Translations under genes and position numbers: made by a program
Notes under the pieces: model-generated
What the model was told of the DNA's origin: nothing
Databases searched by the model: none
What the model saw: the letters and a program-made list of their open reading frames with translations, nothing else
From: Collinsella sp.
GTDB taxonomy: Bacteria; Actinomycetota; Coriobacteriia; Coriobacteriales; Coriobacteriaceae
Direction of reading: 5' to 3'
Assembly: GCA_018376265.1 (NCBI GenBank)
Contig: JAHABQ010000008.1
Coordinates: 119,031-183,030 of the forward strand
DNA: 64,000 bases
Part shown: positions 59,102 to 64,000 of the stretch, piece after piece
Layout: every line of letters starts with the position of its first letter
Position numbering within the stretch: the stretch's first letter is position 1

Positions 59102-59677
59102 CTACAGCGGAGCGGCCGCCGGAGTCAGCTGCTTGATGTAGGCCCACATGCGCTGCTTAGCGGCCTTGTCGGTGAGTGCCGCCTCAAAGCCATCGAGCGC
59201 GAGTACGCGGCGGCCCTGCACATGGGCGACCAAGCCGGGCTTGAGCATGGCGGTGTCGAAGTCATCGATTGCCACGAGCATGTCGGCGTAGGTCTCGCGC
59301 ATGACATCGGCCGCGTTGTTGTCGAGCAGTAGCACCGCCTCGGGGTCCAAGGCCTCAAGCGCCTCGCGGAACAGCTCGCACGGTAGAGTCTCGCCCACCG
59401 CGGCCGCTCCGTCACCCACGCCAGCGACGCTTGCCAGCACGCAAAAATCCTCGGGCGCGTAGCCGATGGCCCCAAGCGCCTTGCGCAACGCCGCGCCATC
59501 CGGGCCGGCGGCAAGCTCGCCACCCGAACGCTCGGCCTCGTCCAGATCGCCTTTGACCAGCACGATCGGCGAGCACGCGTTGCCCGCGATACGCACGCCA
59601 CGACCCGCGAGCGATGCGAGCTCCTGCTCGGTCGCCTGGGCGATGGCTTCTTTTTTCTGGCTTTGTGACGTGGGCAT
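59102..59677 (-). CDS. Hypothetical protein (191 aa), function unknown
   Basis: ATG at 59677 after GGAGAG. Composition is protein-like. A vague resemblance to uracil-DNA-glycosylase-superfamily layout is not enough to support a call. Confidence 0.5.
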   Translation of the reverse strand: MPTSQSQKKEAIAQATEQELASLAGRGVRIAGNACSPIVLVKGDLDEAERSGGELAAGPDGAALRKALGAIGYAPEDFCVLASVAGVGDGAAAVGETLPCELFREALEALDPEAVLLLDNNAADVMRETYADMLVAIDDFDTAMLKPGLVAHVQGRRVLALDGFEAALTDKAAKQRMWAYIKQLTPAAAPL

Positions 59678-59813
59678 GCGCTCTCCAATCGTTTGCGTGC
59701 CCACCATTATATAAAAGAGCCGCTCGCGAGTGGTTGCTTTGCGGGCGGCTGGGTATAAGCACGGTCGTACTGAGTTTTACGCGGCCGAACCGCGTCGCAT
59801 TATGGAGGTCACC

Positions 59814-60134
59814 ATGGCTGACATTAATCAGATTACCCCCGAGAACTTCGATTCCATCGTTAACGACAGCCTGCCCGTGCTGGTCGATTTTTGGGCACCG
59901 TGGTGCGGGCCCTGTCGATCCCTCTCGCCCATCGTTGACGAGGTTGCCGATGAGCTGGCGGGCAAGCTTGCCGTTGCCAAATGCAACGTCGATGACAACC
60001 AGGACCTGGCCATGAAGTATGGCGTCATGAGCATCCCCACGCTGATTGTGTTTAAGAACGGCGAGGAGATTGACCGCTCGGTTGGCGCCCTGCCCAAGGC
60101 GAGGCTGCAGGCGCTGCTGGAGAAGCATCTGTAA
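59814..60134 (+). CDS. trxA: Thioredoxin
   Basis: WAPWCGPC active site, 106 aa, with GGAGG 5 nt upstream of the ATG at 59814. Confidence 0.95.
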   Translation: MADINQITPENFDSIVNDSLPVLVDFWAPWCGPCRSLSPIVDEVADELAGKLAVAKCNVDDNQDLAMKYGVMSIPTLIVFKNGEEIDRSVGALPKARLQALLEKHL

Positions 60135-60365
60135 TACGCTTGTTACATGTTGCCGTCTGTCTGCCGTCCATGAGCGCTTTTGCACCGCTCGCCGGACTTC
60201 TGGATGTACCGAGTGCAACCACGGATAGTATGGTAGTCACAAACAGCCCCCAGTGAACGGGTGCGGGTCGCACAGACTCGTACCCGTTTTCTTATGCAGC
60301 CGCGCGCAGAGCGGGCGTAGTAAAATCTGAACCACTGAACTGCCCCATACAAAAGGAGATTTCCC

Positions 60366-60614
60366 ATGCATGATGTTGGAATGAACATGAGCCAGCTTGC
60401 CATGAGCGTCAAGCAGGTCGACGACACCATCGAGCTCGCTCACGAGTGGAGCCATCAGCTGCTGCATGCGACCGAGAATTTTGACATGGAGCGCATCGGC
60501 GCCAAGCTCGAGGCCGCCATGGCTGCGCTGCACGAGGCCCACGACGCACTCGAGGGCTACGAAGAGGCCATCGAGGCCGACCACAACTCCGTCGGCTCCG
60601 TGAAGCTGGTGTAA
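60366..60614 (+). CDS. Small helical hypothetical protein (82 aa), translationally coupled to nikR
   Basis: AAAGGAG lies 7 nt upstream. Its stop TAA lies 1 nt before the nikR GTG. Confidence 0.55.
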   Translation: MHDVGMNMSQLAMSVKQVDDTIELAHEWSHQLLHATENFDMERIGAKLEAAMAALHEAHDALEGYEEAIEADHNSVGSVKLV

Positions 60615-60615
60615 G

Positions 60616-61128
60616 GTGGCCGAACACGAGCACTGCTGCGGGTACGAGCACGAGCATCCGCACGGGGCGGACGGTGACGCGGGCTGCCGCTGTAGTGGCT
60701 CCGGCTCCGAGCTGGTCCGTTTTTCGGTTACCGCACCCGACGACCTGCTGCGCCGTTTTGACGAGCAGATCGCGCGCCGCGGCGATGTGGCCAACCGCTC
60801 CGAGGCCGTGCGCGACCTGATTCGCGCCTCGATCGCCAAGGAGCAGATGCGCACGCCCGATGAGCATGTTATCGGGTCGCTCACCATGATCTACGACCAT
60901 CACACCGGCGATCTGACGCGCCGCCTGGACGAGGTGCAGCACGACTACACCGACGAGATCGTATCGACGATGCACGTGCATTTGGATCACCACAACTGCT
61001 TGGAGATTCTGGCGCTCAAGGGTCGCGGCGAGCGCGTCTACGAACTAGCCGACCGTCTGCTGGGCCTGCGCGGCGTTAAGCACGGCGAGCTCACGTGCGC
61101 CGCCACCAAGCAGAGCCTGGGGCTGTAG
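60616..61128 (+). CDS. nikR: Nickel-responsive regulator NikR (ribbon-helix-helix plus metal-binding domain) with a His/Cys-rich N-terminal extension
   Basis: RHH region LVRFSVTAPDDLLRRFDEQI. C-domain MIYDHH...HVHLDHHNCLEIL. N-terminal AEHEHCCGYEHEHPHG. Confidence 0.85.
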   Translation: MAEHEHCCGYEHEHPHGADGDAGCRCSGSGSELVRFSVTAPDDLLRRFDEQIARRGDVANRSEAVRDLIRASIAKEQMRTPDEHVIGSLTMIYDHHTGDLTRRLDEVQHDYTDEIVSTMHVHLDHHNCLEILALKGRGERVYELADRLLGLRGVKHGELTCAATKQSLGL

Positions 61129-61146
61129 CGGAATTTCCCGCAGCGC

Positions 61147-61221
61147 ACCTGCCAAAAAGGGACAGGTTTGTTTTGGCAGGTTTAGCGTTTTACCTACCAA
61201 AATAAACCTGTCCTTTTTTGG
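61147..61221. repeat. Two overlapping, mutually exclusive hairpins between nikR and hypF
   Basis: H1 is ACCTGCCAAAA / TTTTGGCAGGT (61147-61181). H2 is CCAAAAAGGGACAGGTTT / AAACCTGTCCTTTTTTGG (61152-61221, 17 of 18 pairs). Confidence 0.7.
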
Positions 61222-61244
61222 TCGGTTTTGATGAGGGGTGTCGC

Positions 61245-63868
61245 ATGCGGCATGTGCATATTCATGTGACGGGCATTGTACAGGGCGTTGGCATGCGACC
61301 GTTTGTGTATCGCGAGGCCATGGCGCATGGCATTTGCGGATGGGTGCTCAATGCGGGCGACGGCGTGCATATCGAGGTGCACGCTCCGGCCGATGCACTC
61401 GATGCTTTTGTTGCCGCGCTTTCTGAGCATGCGCCTGCGGCAGCCCGCGTAGAGCATGTCGAGGTTGTGGACTTGGCAGCCAACGGTTGGGATGCCGCCA
61501 ACGAACAGGGCTTTCGCATCGTAGCATCGCAGGACCAGACCGCGCACACGACGCTTGTCTCGCCCGATATCGCCACCTGCAACGATTGCTTGCGCGAATT
61601 GTTCGATCCCGCCGACCGACGCTATCACTACCCCTTTATCAACTGCACTAACTGCCCAGGTGTGCCGCGGAGTATGCCGACCCACTCGACCGGCGTTTTC
61701 ACGCGCAACCCGATGCCTGCTTTGATTGCGGGCCGCATATTACGTGGCGCGAGGCTGTGAACGGCGATGCGTGCGGGAATTCGTCCGCGACACCGGCCGT
61801 CGGCACCACACGCGAGGCCAGCGACGCTATCATCGAGCGCTGCGTTGAGCTGCTGGCCAGCGGTGGCATCGTCGCCATCAAGGGCCTGGGCGGATTCCAT
61901 CTATCCTGTGACGCTGCCAACGAGCAGGCGGTGGCCGAGCTGCGCCGTCGCAAGCGTCGCAGCAATAAGCCGCTTGCCGTCATGGTGCGCAGTCTTGCCG
62001 ATGCCGGGCGCCTGTGCCATATCGACGATGCTGAACGCGATCTGCTCGCCGGCAGTATCCGCCCCATCGTGCTGCTGCGCCGGCGGGCTGTTTGCGGGAA
62101 CGACGGCGATTCTTCCGACGCCCTCGTACTCGCACCGTCCGTCGCGCGCGACCTGCCCGAGCTTGGCGTTATGCTCCCCTACACCCCGCTTCAGCATCTT
62201 CTGCTTGCAGCTGCCGCGTCACACGGTATGCACGCGCTCGTCATGACCAGCGGCAACCTGAGCGAAGAGCCCATCGAGACCGATGACGATCTTGCCTGGG
62301 AGCGCCTCGTTGCCGCCGGCATTGCCGACGCGCTGCTCGGCAACGATCGAGCGATTCTCTCGCGCTATGACGATTCCGTGGTGCGCGTGGTCGACGGCGC
62401 CGTTATGCCCGTTCGCCGCGCTCGTGGATATGCACCCCAGCCGCTGCCGTTGCCGGCGCTCGACGGCGCTCCGTCCTGCGTACTCGCCTGCGGGCCGCAA
62501 CAAAAGGCCACGATTACGCTCACGCGTGAAGGGACGAACGGCGAGGCGACCTGTTTTGTGTCGCAGCATATCGGCGATGTTGAAAACGGCGGGACCTTCG
62601 ATGCCTGGAACACCGCGCGCACGCGCTTGGAAGATCTCTTTGATTTGGCGCCCGCCGCCTTGGCCTGCGATTTACACCCCAGCTATCTATCGGGCCAGTG
62701 GGCGCGCGAGCAGGCGCGAAAATGCAATCTGCCGCTCGTCGAGGTGCAGCACCATCATGCGCATATCGCGAGCGTAATGGCTGAGGCTATCGCCGCGGGC
62801 CAGCTTACAACCGACGCGCGCGTCCTTGGCATCGCCTTTGACGGCACCGGCGCCGGCACCGATGGGACCATTTGGGGCGGCGAGTTTCTTGTTGCCGGCC
62901 TTGACGGCTTTGAGCGCGCCGCGCATTTGCGCACCTGGGCGCTCCCCGGTGGGGCGGCCTCCGTGCGCGACGCCCGCCGCAACGCCTTTGCCCTGCTCAG
63001 TGAGCTCGGCCTGCTCGAGCACCCAGGTGCCGCTCGGCTTTTGGACAGCCTCGACGAGCAAACACGCAGCGTGACAGCCACCATAATCGAGCGCGGCATC
63101 AACAGCCCGCGTACCAGCAGCATGGGGCGTCTCTTTGATGCCGCGACAGCGATTCTGGGTATCTGCGGCAAGGCAACCTACGAGGGCGAACCCGCCATAG
63201 AACTCGAAGCCGCCGCCTGGCGCGCGCTCGACGGCGAAATCGCCCATGTTCCCGACGATAAAGACGGCCGTTCCGCATCTGACCCATTGCGGCTGGACAG
63301 TTTGTTCAGATTTGTATTAAATACAGACCCTCTAACCAACGGTTTTGGCTCAGATTACCCCGAAGAGGGCTCTCCAGGCGCCTCATTTGCGTCTAATTTG
63401 CCCGTCGGATACCACAAATCAACCCATTCGGGGACCTCGCAGACAATCTATGCCACCCATTGCTGCTCTAAAAAGTACAAATCTGAACTAACTGTCCAAG
63501 CAACCTCGAGCAGGCCTCTCGTCCTGGACCCCAGCTCACTTTTTAAGGCGCTTTTGGAAGGAATCAGGGCCGGCGTGCCCGCCGACAAGCTCGCACTCGG
63601 CTTCCATGTCGCCGTTACGCGCTCTTCGGCACGAATCGCACGCGAAATCTGCACGCGCGAAGGCATCGATACCGTCGCGCTCTCGGGCGGCGTGTTCATG
63701 AACCGACTTCTGCTTCAGCTCCTCGCCCGCGAGCTCAAAAGCGCAGGCCTTACTGTCCTTGTCCCCCACACCGTACCCGTCAATGACGGCTGCAAGCCGC
63801 CGTCTCACAGGTGTAGCGCGTTTGCCCGCAGCGCCCGCGAGCGCTACCATCAACTGATGGATTATTGA
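61245..63868 (+). pseudogene. hypF: Carbamoyltransferase HypF, disrupted by an out-of-frame deletion in the first zinc-finger region (~61656), a 231-bp in-frame insertion (63.3-63.5 kb) and an aberrant C-terminus (~63785)
   Basis: Acylphosphatase domain GIVQGVGMRPFVY and CNDC...YHYPFINCTNC. The frame then shifts, and CAAEYADPLDRRFHAQPDACFDCGP continues in the 61757 ORF frame. YrdC-like IVAIKGLGGFHL and Kae1-like HHHAH are present. The end reads VNDGCKPPSH instead of the usual NDGG..LGQ. Confidence 0.75.
63294..63498. mobile_element. MITE-like insertion with 23-bp terminal inverted repeats inside hypF
   Basis: The left TIR TGGACAGTTTGTTCAGATTTGTA and right TIR TACAAATCTGAACTAACTGTCCA pair at 22 of 23 positions. 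The interior is visibly AT-richer than hypF. Confidence 0.6.
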
Positions 63869-63906
63869 GCGCCCGTCCAGCGCAAAGCGTATAAAAGGGG
63901 AACAAT

Positions 63907-64000
63907 ATGTGCCTTGCCGTTCCCGGTAAAGTAGTCAAACGCGACGACGACCTCAAGGCCACCGTCGACATGATGGGCATCGAGCGCCCCGTGTCGCTGC
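63907..64000 (+). CDS. hypC: Hydrogenase assembly chaperone HypC/HupF (5' part; runs off the window)
   Basis: MCLAVPGKVV N-terminus with the essential Cys2. AAAGGGGA RBS. Confidence 0.85.
   Translation, partial: MCLAVPGKVVKRDDDLKATVDMMGIERPVSL

Overview
High-GC actinobacterial chromosome segment, Coriobacteriia-like judging only from gene content. No search was run, so all calls rest on motifs read from the ORF track and DNA.

Core gene blocks:
- pstP, a rodA-pbpA in-frame fusion, and pknB (2-6851).
- A LacI/DeoR-flanked PTS sugar locus with RpiB- and Rpe-family enzymes and a TIM-barrel isomerase (7.0-13.2 kb).
- Mannose-type PTS manXYZ plus a DUF956 gene (27.6-30.9 kb).
- hypA, then a large Fe-S/FAD oxidoreductase with a broken frame.
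- TetR plus two membrane proteins, and an AAA ATPase.
- clpB, aconitase, and dnaK-grpE-dnaJ-hspR.
- A ferredoxin, then niaR-nadC-nadB with a deleted nadA.
- A LytTR/GHKL two-component pair, trxA, and a small ORF coupled to nikR.
- A multiply disrupted hypF, and the start of hypC.

Accessory DNA lies at 13.5-27.4 kb. Two islands are stacked at tRNA-Arg(CCT), whose 3' end is present three times:
- An integrase-less islet with an EcoRII-like R-M pair.
- A 10.6-kb integrative mobilizable element carrying integrase, Xis-like, DnaB-like, MobC, T4CP and relaxase genes. Its cargo is an orphan 248-aa gene, a 0.4-kb hairpin-dense non-coding tract, and an MmeI-like single-chain R-M enzyme.

Other points worth a second look:
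- A 1.85-kb AT-richer cassette between clpB and aconitase, bounded by about 100-bp inverted terminal modules.
- A stop-free 231-bp in-frame insertion with 23-bp terminal inverted repeats inside hypF.
- Two arrays of about 60-bp dyad repeats.
- A shared non-canonical motif upstream of dnaK and clpB.
- Internal deletions or frameshifts in nadA, hypF and two other genes.

No CRISPR array, rRNA or prophage structural genes were seen. I could not identify a clearly novel multi-gene system; the mobile-element cargo and the repeat-bounded cassette are the best candidates.
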